64,000 nucleotides of DNA from Klebsormidium nitens (taxonomy: Eukaryota > Plantae > Klebsormidiophyceae): the NCBI GenBank assembly GCA_000708835.1, contig DF237176.1, positions 62,001 through 126,000 of the forward strand, in the 5' to 3' direction. The notes below the pieces were generated by a model. The model did no database searches, was not told where the DNA came from, and was given only the letters and a program-made list of their open reading frames with translations. Positions 24,203-36,900 of the stretch are shown piece after piece (position 1 is the stretch's first letter; each line of letters begins with the position of its first letter). The translations under genes were made by a program, and so were the position numbers.

Positions 24203-26479
24203 CTAAGCGTACAAAAACAGCAGGACTACGACGATATAAACAACTATCATGACGCAATTGGCGACCCAACCCGCCTTGACGGCGTTATTCGCAAACTTGG
24301 GGGTGCGACACAGCGGTAGAAACGCCCCGATGACCCAGAAGACCGAAAGCACCCAGCCGACGCCGAAGAAGATCCAATCGGGGGTCACGCAGCAGCCCTC
24401 TTCCCGGGGGGGGGTTTGTGGGGGTACCTGCAGAAACAAAAGGTCGTTATCAACAGATCTTCGCACTCGCTGTTTGATTATTGAAGCGCAGCGTCTGTCT
24501 GAAGGGGCGTGACTCAGTTACCTGCAGAAAGAGGGGCAAGGAACTTTGGGGGGGCGCGTCGTCAATCGGTCGATCCTTTGTACCACGAGAAAGGGGCTGG
24601 CGCAAGCGCCCAGGCTTCTGGGCACCTTGTCCCTGCCAAGCTGACGGGCTGGGTCCTTCCAGTTTACTTCGTCACGAATACAAATGATCGTGCAGATCTC
24701 GATATTAAGCGGAGAGCAAATGGAGGAGTTAACCGAGAACGGAGTCGGGGTATGTGGGGTGGTGCCTCGAAGAGCGGGGACGTTCCGAAACTTCTTGTCG
24801 CTCTAGTTCGTCTCTTCATATAGACGAGAAACCGGACGTGGTCCAGCTCTGGCTTGTGAAGCGTCCTAAGGGAGTGTTTGCCGAAAGCAGGACCGCACGT
24901 GAGAGCTCGTCGCGCCCTGGTGCGATTGAAGGAGAGCGGGGCAAAAGCAAGGCGGAGTCATCGGATGGAGTAACCGTTTTGGTTTCCTGAGCTGAGTTCC
25001 TTCAGAAAAGCAGGGGCGTTCTTACCGTACTCCAAGTACGGTAACCGATGCTTTGGGTTTTGGCAGAAGCCTGTCCTGCTAGAGTTTTTCCAAAGCGCGA
25101 ATCACTTTTCCCAAATATAGCGAATAGAAGCTTGCCAACTTAGTTGTTCGAAGCTTCAGACGACTCTGTACTTCAGGCGCCCAGTGGAACCATTTCCTTC
25201 AATAAGTTATGCCACTGTTCTGCAAAGGCTCTGATCGAGAGTAATAGTATTTTGTTCAAAGTACTCTCCTCCAAAGTCCTTCCGTGTCTTGGCAGACGTT
25301 CTTGAAGGGGCGAAAAGTTCCGACGCACTTCGACGATCTGGAGCGTCCTCGAACAATTCATGACGTGAGTTTTACATTCAATCCCTTGAAATCGCACCAA
25401 AGTTCAAGCGACCGCTTACCAATTGCTTTCAGGCAGTTGCGAGCCTTTTTAATCAGGCTCTTCACTCACGTGCCGCATTTTTGTTGCCTTCTGGTTACTT
25501 CCCACGTTCCCGCTTTCAATTGAGTGCGATCACCCGAAACGTACTGGAACTTTCGTGTCTGATAAAAAGATGAACTTGAACCGAGGAGCTTCATGACGAA
25601 AGACAGATCAGATATTTCAAACTCCCCAGTTCGAATCAACGAAAGCTTTTACTTCAGCATGGTGTCCTAAGCTCTCTCCGTTCTTGGAACAGCGGTACTC
25701 GTTGCAGTGCTTTCCCAATGAATCGAAGCTTCGATCGTTTGCCACGGGTTATCAGACCACATAACGAACCGGAAACTTTAGCCTATCGTTCGTTTTATGT
25801 CTTGCCCATGTGCTGGCAACGATTTAATCATCAACGTCCTGGACTCTCTCTGAAAGTTGGAATAAGTGTTCGAAGCATATCTCGTGACAGTTTATGTCTG
25901 ATCCTGGTTTGGTTCACGGTTATCATCGAAATACCCTTGAAAATCTTCATAAGTCCTGGAGGCAGCTTGCGCTTCTTAGTTGGGAAGACCCAGCAGCCTT
26001 CTGGTTTTAGTGCAGTGTACGGAAACAAAGGGGGCGTGAGGTATTATCCCGTCCTCGATCGCGGGCCAGCCCCGCGCGACAGCTCCCTATGTTTTTGATG
26101 CTTTGTGGCACACTTATGAGCTCGAAGAGGCAAAAAGCAAGCTCACCAGCCCTTGTTCTTAGCTATCTGAGCTGCCCCTCGAGGTACTTGTTGCCTATAA
26201 GCGTCTGCTCACCTGTACCACATAAAACGCGCCTGGCTGCTGAGGGGGGTAGCTCCCAGCGACCGGCTGCGCCGAGGGATAATATCCTTGCGTCTGTGGG
26301 GAAAAGTAATATGTGGGCTGCCCTGGAATCGCCTGAGGAGCATATGCCGGTTGCTTATAAGGCGATGACGTGGCGTCTGCGTTCTCATACTGCTTCTGTG
26401 CATATTCGTTCTGAGGACTTGGCGAAGCGGGCGCCGGCGCAGGGGCGTCAGCCTGCGGGGTGGTGTCGGGAATCTGCAT
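24203..26479 (-). CDS. Small membrane protein C (163 aa), inverted paralog
   Basis: Exons 26479-26213 (gtgagc donor) and 24427-24203, phase 0. Exon 1 ends AFYVVQ; exon 2 is VPPQTPPREEGCCVTPDWIFFGVGWVLSVFWVIGAFLPLCRTPKFANNAVKAGWVANCVMIVVYIVVVLLFLYA. Confidence 0.88.
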
Positions 26480-28111
26480 TGTGAAGCCCCCTCTGCCAGT
26501 CTCAGAGATCGATTAAGCAGCTCGTATCGTGGCCCAAACAGTGGCCAATGAGCGACTAGAGGGGCGACTAAAGGAAGGACAAAGGGTTACACTGAAACAC
26601 ACTACGGATAAATTTGACAGGTGTGGACATAAGTAGCTTTCCGTTCTGAAAGTCATTGGCGTCCTTCTTAACTGGACAGAAGAACCAAGTCATACAGCTG
26701 AAAGGAGGTCATACGGATCTGGAGTTGCATATATAAGCGGAAGTCGAGGGGGGAGCACTTATTCTATGAGCTGGTCTAGCTCTGACATTGCCTATGACTT
26801 AGTACCGCGCAGCAGCCAGGATCCGAAGACGACTGGCTCTGATCACTTGATGCCAAGCAGCATAATATCACGTTTTACAGAGCCCAAATTGCGGTCTGAA
26901 AGCAGCCGCAGCAGGAATGCCTCCCATGAGCATGCGGCGCTCACTGATTGAATCAAACCTTGATCAGCAAGCCGAGCTTTTGAGATCTGAAGCAAACGGA
27001 GGAGGTAGGTACTATCAGAAGTCATTGAAGGGCTACTAGGTACACAGAAGCAGCTGATTGAGAAAGGACTCCGAGACCTTCAAGTCTGATAATGTGTCAG
27101 GTCTCTCACTCTGAGTCTCAGGCTCTGCCAATGATACTAACAATGAGAAGTGCAAGGGCATGAGTTTCGGCATCTACCGTACTTTAGCCGCCTGTAACTG
27201 TCGTCTCGACCCAATCTTGAACGTCGATCACAAGGATTGTCATCTATAACCGTCCGATTGAATGCGCGCGGAGTTGAAGTCATGCCGCCTGGCCGGCCGG
27301 CGCGGCGATAGGTATCAACTGCTGGAGTTGACTACCGTACTACCGGTACTAGAGTCAATTACCGTACTAGGGCTGCGTGCTGTGACTCACAGCCTATCTC
27401 CAGTCCCTTTCAAGTTTCACCCTTTACATCTGCTCTGTACAAAGCGCCGCACTATTAATTTGAGCAGTGGCCAGTATCTGGTACACGTCATGAAGTACTT
27501 AGGTGCCGGTGAAGGCAAGCCTGAACCAGCTTATATAAGTACCGTGACGTCGTGGGATTCCTGCCGAAGCTAGAATGCATTGCGCAAGCGCACAGCTGGC
27601 AGCATAATGAAAGAGCTGCAGCTGCAAGGTGAAGTTTGTTCGCCAGGCTGAGACCAGCAATTAGGGAGCACTTCGGAAGCACAACAGCCGCTACATGTAC
27701 AGACAAGGCAACCTAATTTCTACTGTGATTTCACCAGATTGCCACTTTTGACACGGGACACTGCTCTTCTACACTGGAGCTCACGACGTAAGCGCTGCAA
27801 TCGAACTTTGCTGCCCGGCTATATATGCTGTCCTTACCGTCCTCTTCTAGCACAGCGGTGATTTGGTTTCCTCTTCGTGGCACAGAACTTGCGCCAACAG
27901 AGGGGCTGTGCCAGTGGCTCCAATATCTTCATGTTTCAAATCGAACTGATCAAGCTATATGGAGGCTCAAACCTTTATCACACGCAGCAAAAAAGGTATC
28001 CAACGGTAGCAAGCTGCAGCTGTCGAGCTGATAGATACCGAACGTTTGAGCCAAATGCGAAGAGGGATTCTAGCAAATTAGGTTGATGCGGACTCAAAGC
28101 TCAGTTTCACG

Positions 28112-30228
28112 ATGCCGCATCCAAGCACCGTGATCCCTCTACCGGTTAGCGGGCCCAGCCCATCTACTGCCTTAGAACCTGGACAGAAGCAATACGAGGC
28201 CAACGCCATGTCTCCACATGCGGCGGACCTGTCCCCAGGGCAGGCTTTCAGTGCATCAGCAGCTCATGCGCCATTTGGTGGAAACGCGTCCCCGCAGCAG
28301 CCTGTCGCGTACTATGTCCAGGTAAGTAACTCAGCTTTCAGCAGGAGTGACATGTGTCTAGACCAGCTTTTGATTCGGCCCCCTTCATTCATTTAGGTTC
28401 TATTAGTGCAACCCAACTCTAAGCTTTACTTTTGCTGGTCTAGTTGAGCTCTGTAGAAGGTAAGGGCGGCCCACTATCTGAAATTTCGATGCAGGTAGGT
28501 CAGGTGAGTGTACCCTTGATGGAGTACTTGGCAAGGATCTTTGTGGGTATATGCTCCCCTAGATGATCGTATATGGCAAAGTGGTCGCGCTTGCTTAAGC
28601 GCGACCTGAAGAGGCTATTCTGGAATGATAGAGAAAGCGTGCTTACTAAGAGATGCACCAGCTAGAAGAAGCACCGATGATCAGAATTACTGATGCCGAG
28701 ATTCAGCTTTCACCTTCCGCTGAACGCTCGCCTGCCTTGTAAAAGCGCCCTATTCTGAGCAGTAACGAGGTGAGGTTCGCGATGCGCGGTGGGCCCGTTC
28801 ACTGAAGTGCCTGCGTTTAAAAACAGGTTTGCGAGCTGGGTTTCCAGGCTGTTTGCAGAAGGCACGGTCTGGGCTGTCGTCAGAAGGAGGGTAAAGGTCG
28901 AGTTTTTAAATACGCGGGGTGAGCTTGCGGGCAGAACCTCTAGGGGTCCTTCCAGGGGTCCCCATAATGCTACGGTTGTTTACCATGGTATTAGTAAGCG
29001 GGCACTGGACAGAATACAGAAACATGCTCCCCCAAAATCACAAGGAGACGTTTGTCCAAGAAGACGGCCATGCAAACTCCACACGAGTAACCCCGCGATT
29101 GGTCTCGAGGACAAACTTCCCTTAATAGGAATCCTTCAGCGGAGGCTTTTGCTGTAAAAGAAGCCTGATCATTCAGAGGGCATCAAGGCGCAGATCTGGC
29201 AGAAAGGAACGAACCCACGACTGGCGGCCGGGGCGCTTAATTGACGGTCGAGAAACGGATCCTAAAAAGCAGCAAAGTCTGTTGTGATTCCGAGCTCAGA
29301 TGGCGACGAGACTCTCTCGACATCTCGAAACGTGTCCTCGTCAACAAAATTAGAGCCCTAATAGCTTGTCGCCTTATCTGAGGACGTCAAACTTTCACCT
29401 TTAAAGCCAGGCGACTTTGGGCCGGACAAACATTGTTTCTAGCTAAGAGCGAGCGAAAAACCACCCAACTTTTACCACGCTTCCAAGAATAGTGCCAATC
29501 CAACGTTGAAGAGCGACACATTCGGCAAGTCCGTAATCAGCAAGAAAACCCCGATACGGCGCATTGGATCTTGAAGAAACTGCCGCTGCAGGAACCACCA
29601 AGCCTATGTTCGTTCACAGCTGCTGTGATGGACGTAGGTCCACGAGACAGGGGAAATCGTGGATCTTGCCTTTAGAAACTGATTGCCCAGCTAATTCGAT
29701 TTCGTGGCTCTCGCCTTAAACCCCATTTTTCGAGCTTGGATTTCGTGGGTCTTGCTTGAACTCCAATCTCCGAGCTCGGAACTGACTCCTCAGAACGCCC
29801 TCACGAGCGTGCGATTTATAAAATCGTCCTTCTCAAGGGCCGAACCGCGTTGGCGCTTGCGTTTAGCCCTCTTACTCAACCCACAAGGTCTGCTTCTATC
29901 AAGCGCTTTCCAGTCAGGTAGGCATGGTTAAGCAGAAGATTCTCTGCAGGTTAAGAAAGAGAATTCTCCGCAGGTACCCCCCCCTGGGCGTCCCCGGAAG
30001 GACGGGTGGTGTGCGACCCCCGACTGGGCCCTCTTCTTCATGGGCTGGTTTACCTGCGGGGTTGGCTGGATCGTGGGGGCGTTTCTCCCGCTCTGCCGAA
30101 CCCCCCGATTCGAGAACGGAATGATTATGGGTGCATGGATCGCCAACTGCGCTTGCGCTTGTGTAGTGACGACTTATTTCTCGTTGATAGCCGTCTTTTT
30201 CACGGGCATCGCTCTCTATGGCATATGA
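28112..30228 (+). CDS. Small membrane protein D (154 aa), most diverged paralog, head-to-head with C
   Basis: Exons 28112-28321 (gtaagt donor) and 29974-30228, phase 0. Exon 1 ends AYYVQ; exon 2 is VPPPGRPRKDGWCATPDWALFFMGWFTCGVGWIVGAFLPLCRTPRFENGMIMGAWIANCAC... Confidence 0.85.
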
Positions 30229-31093
30229 GCAGAAAACTCTCATAGGTTTTGAGTTGTAAAAGGGTAAGAGGAGAAAGCTGCAATTCATCGCGGATAATTA
30301 CTTCGGATTAAGTAGTCAAATCAGCAGCTGCATTTGAGCTTAAGTTTGAGTCCACAAAGAGAGCTATGCATCTGAGATAGTCTTATCGATATTCGACGGT
30401 TGTTCTGGACTTGTAAGCAGAGCAGGTTAGTCGCTCAACTGTAGGAACGGTGCTCAGCCCGCTGAACACATATTGAGAACGTCCGAGAAAAGTGTCTGTT
30501 TGACAAACCCGTGACCGTCCAAGTTTGTACAATCTTATGAGTCTAGGAACACCCTCGGACTTCGCAGTTTCCGCAGGCAGGTAAAGATGCCATCAGGCAC
30601 GTAAACGACCCTGGAAATGAGTGTAATTTCGTCTTAAAGTAAGTCCAAAACGGCAGCGCTTCTCTGTGTCGTGTTATGTGTCGTGTTATCAGAGACGTTT
30701 TTGAGGGACTCTTCTTCGGTTTCACCAGTCCAGTCAAAAAGGTATCGCCTCATTCCATAGATTCCTCGAGATGAATCAAGGCACTCCTAAAATGTGGGAT
30801 ATGCCAGGTGGGTTCCAAGCTTCGACACTTTGAAGACTCGAAATCGAACCAGAAGAGTCTTCTGTTACACAATCATTGCACACAAATACAACCGGGTTCG
30901 ATGGATTGCTTGCGTTCGTACAACACGACGTTCCAAAAGTATCGATCTGTTTCATGAAAGACTGACGAGAAGAAGTTAGCGACTAGAATTACTCGGCAGT
31001 CTTGATGCATAGACAACATTAACCGCAAAGTATTGTTGAACCCTTCAAATGTCGAGCGACGCAATGAAGTGGGCGCTGCTCGCTTTACAGCGC

Positions 31094-31221
31094 GGCAAGA
31101 TGGTCGGGAGAGTCTCCCGACCATCTTGCCAGTTTTACTCACTAAATTAGTCGGAAAGAAGTTGAAAGTTGAAAATAGTGCTACATTAGTCGACACTAAA
31201 ACTGGCAAAATGGTCGGGAGA
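31094..31221. repeat. Compound inverted repeat: perfect 18-bp-arm palindrome whose right arm also pairs with a third copy
   Basis: GGCAAGATGGTCGGGAGA-G-TCTCCCGACCATCTTGCC at 31094-31130. 31113-31137 matches the reverse complement of 31197-31221 at 24 of 25 positions. Confidence 0.9.
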
Positions 31222-33904
31222 AGAGGCTGTAGCCAAACGCTTGAAAGTCCCAGAAATCAAAGACCTTTTTCCCCAAGTGTACAGAATCTTTACGCACATC
31301 TACGTCATTAGCACTGAGGTTCTGGACGCCGCCGTTATCATGTAATGATGGTGCCTGCAACTTTCGAAATTTAAAAGTTGCCTTAGCCACCAGCTGGCCT
31401 GAGGGGAGGCCGACTTAATTCGGTGTTGAAGCCTGCACTTCAGTGACTTCAGAGCTGCATGGATTTCCTTGCAGGAGCATCATCGTTGGAGCTTCGCAGT
31501 TCAGCTCCGCACGTGTATAAATAGATGAATATCGACAATGATTTTCGCCCTTTCTTCCCGTACCAATTGTATTGTGACGTCGGCCGGTACATGCACACGG
31601 AGTCTTGTCGGAGTATATATAGTGCGAGGTACGTTCTGACAAGAAATGAAAGACTAGGCCCTTCAGGGAAGATTGTGCGGTATGCTTCTGGAGGGGCTTC
31701 CTCATGATTCATGAATCTTCCGGAGGAGTCCGTCATGTCGACCGATACCACTCCGCTAGATGATCGACCGTCCTCCTGAGATTTTCGCTTCGAGAATATG
31801 GACCTGGCTCCATATTCTCAATCATAGAGTCGATGCACATCCAGCTGTTTTGAGTCCAAATGGTTCAAACTTCCGGGCAGTAGAGTATCAAGTGCAGACC
31901 TCCGAAGGAGCGCGCCTTTGCACCCAGACAAGTTTCGAAAGCAGAAAGCAGTTAATCCTGGAACTGCTCGATCGATCCGCGAATCGAGGGCTGTAGCTGT
32001 AGTCCATGAAGCTACAGCTCTGATCGAGCTCAATATCAGCATGTGCCAGTCGTTAGAACTCGTGGTTTACTACGGGTTTAGAGAGCTGGAGAATCTGGTC
32101 CATGCAGGGCAGCGCAGCCGGCCGGGACCTCAAAAGCCCTAGTACTCAGGACGTCACTATAGCATCATGGTCTTGACGGCGCATGTGATCATACTAGGCG
32201 CATCACTGCAAAGATCATGATGAGTACATGCATCTAATGGCCAATCCAGTGAGAAGCTGATGAACGCGTCACAACGAGGTCTTGCCAGCCACATACGTTA
32301 CAAGCCTGCTAGACTGCCATAAACTAATATTGGCAATTGAGTAGCTGTATTTGGTCTCCAAAACGCGCACAGCGTTTCAGAATCAGTATCCTAATATTGA
32401 TATTCGGAGGGAAGGCATAGATGCAGCTTTTTTGAGCTGAAAGTTCAACCCCTGGAGTCCGTACATCGTGCAAATCCTGATGAAAACTCTCCTGGCTAGG
32501 TGCAACCAATAATCGTTGTGCATATGTCCGAAATTCAGAAGCAGCTTGGATCAGATCTGGCATTCGATATCAGTGTGCGTGCGTTGCCACAGTGCATCAT
32601 CATCGGCAGAGATCTGTTCCGTTGACTTCAGGCTTAACTTATAATCCCATCGGTTGACGCAATAGAATCAGCCGTTGACTAGCTGCCAATATAATGGTTG
32701 TAACTTTTGCCCAGTCCTCACATGAGTGCTTCGGTCTTGCGCCCGAGTCTGCAGACGCGTGACTGAGGTTCGGAGTCAGCGAACTTTCAATCCGCTCGCG
32801 CGAATGTCCACACATGATCATCCGACCGTCCATGAAACCATCGAGGGTGAGTCGCGTACCGGAGCGCGCGCAGAGACTGCACCAGATCCTAGGTGCCGTC
32901 ACCTACTCTAGGCGTGAAGCGGCAGTGCACTCCCGGGCCCCACGTACCGTACGCTCTTGTAACAATGTATCGGAAGGAGCATGGCAGCAGGATGGCAGCT
33001 CACTTCTGCGGTGGTCAGATTACCCACACAATGTACCCTCTAGAATTGTACCTGGCTTGTGTACTCCTCAGTCTGCCCTTACTGCAAGCTGAACTTCTAC
33101 ATCCCGGGCAGTTCCTTCTGCAGCATGCACTGATGTACTACTGTAGTACGCAGCCCCCTTTGAACCTTTGACCCGGAAATCATTCAAGCTCAAATCTGTG
33201 GTCAAGATTCTGCTGGACAAAAACATTCCGAGCATCTGGGAAGAGTGCGGCTATTTGACACAGTCACTGCATGTTTTTAAAGCTTGTGAGACCAAATTAA
33301 GTAAACTGTGTGTCAAGACCAAAGCTCGTATTTTCATACGTGAAATCATGCAGCCGCTTCTATACTTGCATCAAGTGACCGTTGATGATTTGCTTTCTTG
33401 GGTGGCATTGATGGTCTGCTCATCAAAGAGCACTGGTGTCAATGTAAGCGACAGCCTCACATAGCGACTTGAATCAGGAAGCAACGAAAAAGTCAAGCTG
33501 GTTTCAGAATTGCAAGCAAAAGATTCCTTCAAAAGGGGAAAATCTTGGCAGAACGTCATTGCGAGAGTCAGCATTGCGCATATCACTTTGTTAGAGCAGA
33601 AAGAGAAGAGGAGCATACAGCAGATCCTAAGACACACGCAGATCCAATAAAGGCACGCTCTAACGCGGCGACCCAACCGTTGGACAATGCTGGCGTCTGC
33701 TTAAGACTCTGCTTTTAGCATCACGTTTCTTCTTCAGCAGAGTTCAATCCAGGCGTCTGTGCTTTCCTGCACAACAACCTTCTCTGCACAGTTCGCCATC
33801 TTCTGTTAAGATCTGTTTTCACGCAGGCTTTCTGGGACAGGAGGCTCTGAGGCTTTTCTCCACAGATCGCCCGGTGCGGGCGGCGCCTCACTCTAGTTCT
33901 GCTC

Positions 33905-36900
33905 ATGGCGATCCTGATGGCTGAGGAACCGGAGGCGCAGTCTGCGGTGCCTCCGGAGGCCAATGGCTGTGTCAAGCCTGACGTCACTAAGGGTGTCAGC
34001 GGGAGCAAGGTGGTCTCATTTGGCATGGCTGCCCCCGTGGAGTCTCTGATGGAGAAGAACCTTAAGAAGGGCAAGGCACTGTCCCTGGCTGAGAAGGAAG
34101 CCAAGAGCTTCGCCAGCCTGAATGAAGTGCTCTATGATCTGTCTCTGCCGCCGCTGATTGACAACACGGCGAGGCCGAAGAGTGTTCCCAAGGATACTGT
34201 GACGGTGGTTATGCTGACCGAGCCGGAGAACCGGGTTTCGGTGTGCATGGAGGGGGCCAAGCAAAGCAGGTGAGGGGTCAAGTGCAAGTAATCCCAAGCT
34301 TGGATCGATTCTGTCAAATTGTGACTTTTTCGTTTCATTTAGGTACCAAGAGGATTGAGACCGATAAACCATGCTGATTGATATGGGCCACAGAAGGGTA
34401 TATGAAGAGCGCCTTTTGTGTATCAACAGATTGGCGAAGGCTTGCAAAGCAGGCCCCTGAATAAATCTAGAAGATGGACATTCTCATTCTTGGAGCGGTG
34501 GATCCGCTGGGTTTGCAATTGGAGGGCCTTGTTCTTTAGATAATAATTGCAAATGTTTGATCATTTTCCAAGGCAACTGGACTAGGAGGTGTCTGTGCAC
34601 AGGTGTGAAGAGATGGAACGAAACTGGCAGGCATTGTCCCCCTTGCTGCAGTGCAAGGAATTTGTCTCAGGACGCACGAGCCTCTGATTAGACTGCAGCT
34701 ACTTACCTAGGATCTTGTTTTCTGGGGATAATACTTACCATCAAGGAGCAATTTTGACCTACATAAAAGCTAGCCCTGATACTCTCCTGTGAAAGGGTGT
34801 CTGGTGCTTGCACCTGGCCCTTCGAGGACCGCTTTGGAAGCAGCTTTACCCACACAAACAGCAATGAGCACCTGCAGTGGAGTATAACGGCTTTCAAACC
34901 TCTCACGAGAGGTTTGCCGGCTCCTGCTGCTCTACTGCGAAGTGTAGAAGCGGTTCACAATACGAAGTGAAGGAACGGCTTAGTATGGACAGGTGTCATC
35001 ATATGCAAAACAGATATTCACCTTGAGCAACTCTCTCCATAGCTTCTACGTGCCTTTCCGGAAGCGCAGTCTCTGCGTAGCTGCAAGCCCACTTATCTAA
35101 ATCCCCTTTCTTAGCTGACGTCATCCCTTTCTCCCCCACAGGGGCAACGTCCTGATGGTGATCAACCCCGCCTGGCTGGAGAAGCGCCCCATCGTGACGT
35201 CAGACGTTAACGTCACCCCTCCAGCTGGCGCCACACACTCGCTGTTCGTGCACAAGGCCGTGTGGTTCGATACCAACGGGCAGGCGTACCTGGACCGGTA
35301 CGAACCCCCGAGGAAGGTCACGTACCTCGCCAACTTCTTCACGCTGCCTGGTGAGCTGCCGTCGGCAGAGAAACCTCAAGCAGGATATTGACAGCTGTCC
35401 AGAGACGTTGGCAAGGTTTGGAAGAGCTCAGCTGACTACTTCAACAGCTGTTCCCTGATTATTCTCACGCAAACCGTTCTGTTTCTCACACCTGTTTAGA
35501 ACTCTTCTCTCTCGAATCTTAACCCACAATCTAGCCAAACCCTCTTTCAGACCCCTCTTTACCTCCTGCAGACCCCCTCTCAAAAGCTTCCTAATTTCGC
35601 CACAGAACCTTCTTCAAAGACCCAGCCAGCTGCGAATCTAGACCTTCTCAGAAAAACATCCCTTGAACTCTTCCAACAGTTTTCCTCATATCTGCCTTAC
35701 AACTCTCCCCTCAAACTCCAACAAAATCCCTCATCAAATCGTCTTCAAAACTCCTGCCAATTGGTACTCAATCGATCTTCAAACCTCCCTTAAACCTCGC
35801 CCCCCAGGCTCGGAGGGCGACCGCGACGACGGCGTGCCGCTCGAGGCCGGCCTGGACTGCCCCATGAGCTCCTCGTCGGCCCTCGAAAAGATCACTAACG
35901 ACAAGCTGCACACGCGCCTGCTCCTCTCGCGCGCGCGCGTGGCGCACCCCCAGTGCGTCGCCTTCACCTTCAAGTGCCCCATGGTCTACAACACCTCCGG
36001 TGAGCCGCCGCGCTTCAGAACCCGTCTTCAGAACTTCGTGAAAAACTCCCCGCAGTGTCTCTCGTGCTCAACTCTTCTTCCTGCGATTTCTTTCTCGGAG
36101 GTCTCAGTTTTGTAAACAATGCATGCAGATGCTTGGCAGATTGATGGGCAAGGGCCGAACACGAAAGCAAGGTGCTCACGACGAGCAGTCCCTTTACCAA
36201 ATGAGGTCTGTCGGATGAAGGCAAGTAGGGAAGTGAAATTCCCCCCAATCGAAGTCACCTGACTTCGTTCCTGCGCCCTTCTTCCCCAGCAACTATCGAG
36301 AAGAAGGTCAGCTGGAGCGTCTTTCTTTGTCCCCCCTTTTCCTCACCTTGCCAGAACGCCCTCCGCTTACCCATACGCTATCCCCTCGCCACAGGCTGCA
36401 CCGGCACATACGCCGTCCACTCCCTGTCCGACCGCGCCGGCTACGAGGACCTCTTCCGGCGTGAGGCGGAGCGGTTATGCGCGCGGTTAGCGCGTGACCA
36501 GGTGGTGGTTAAGCCGAGCGGGCCCATGTGGATGGGCAGCAACGGGGTGTCGTTTTGGAGCCGGAAAGACGTCGACGGAATCGTGGGCGCCGCGACGGCG
36601 CTGCTCCAGCGGCTGTGGGACGGCGACGCGATTTTGCTGGAGGAGTTCCTGCCGACGCTCGGCCCGCACGACATCAAGCACGGCAGCGACGTGAGCTTCC
36701 AGACCTTGACATACTTCAGAGATGGGTTCAGTGTTCCCTATCCATATGTCGATGTAGTGATCTCTTGATCGTTGCGGTTGAAAGATTCAGGTTTTTAGGG
36801 GCTGAGTGCCGGCTTGCTGAAATTGGGGCCGCATCAAATCACGTTTGAGAGCGTTACGCCAACATCGTCGAAGCGTGGACAGGATTGGAGCCACCCAGGA

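Noticed and set aside
31918-32142. LHPDKF motif suggesting a DnaJ J-domain
   Set aside because: The surrounding residues lack the J-domain helix pattern and no supporting exons were found; likely chance.
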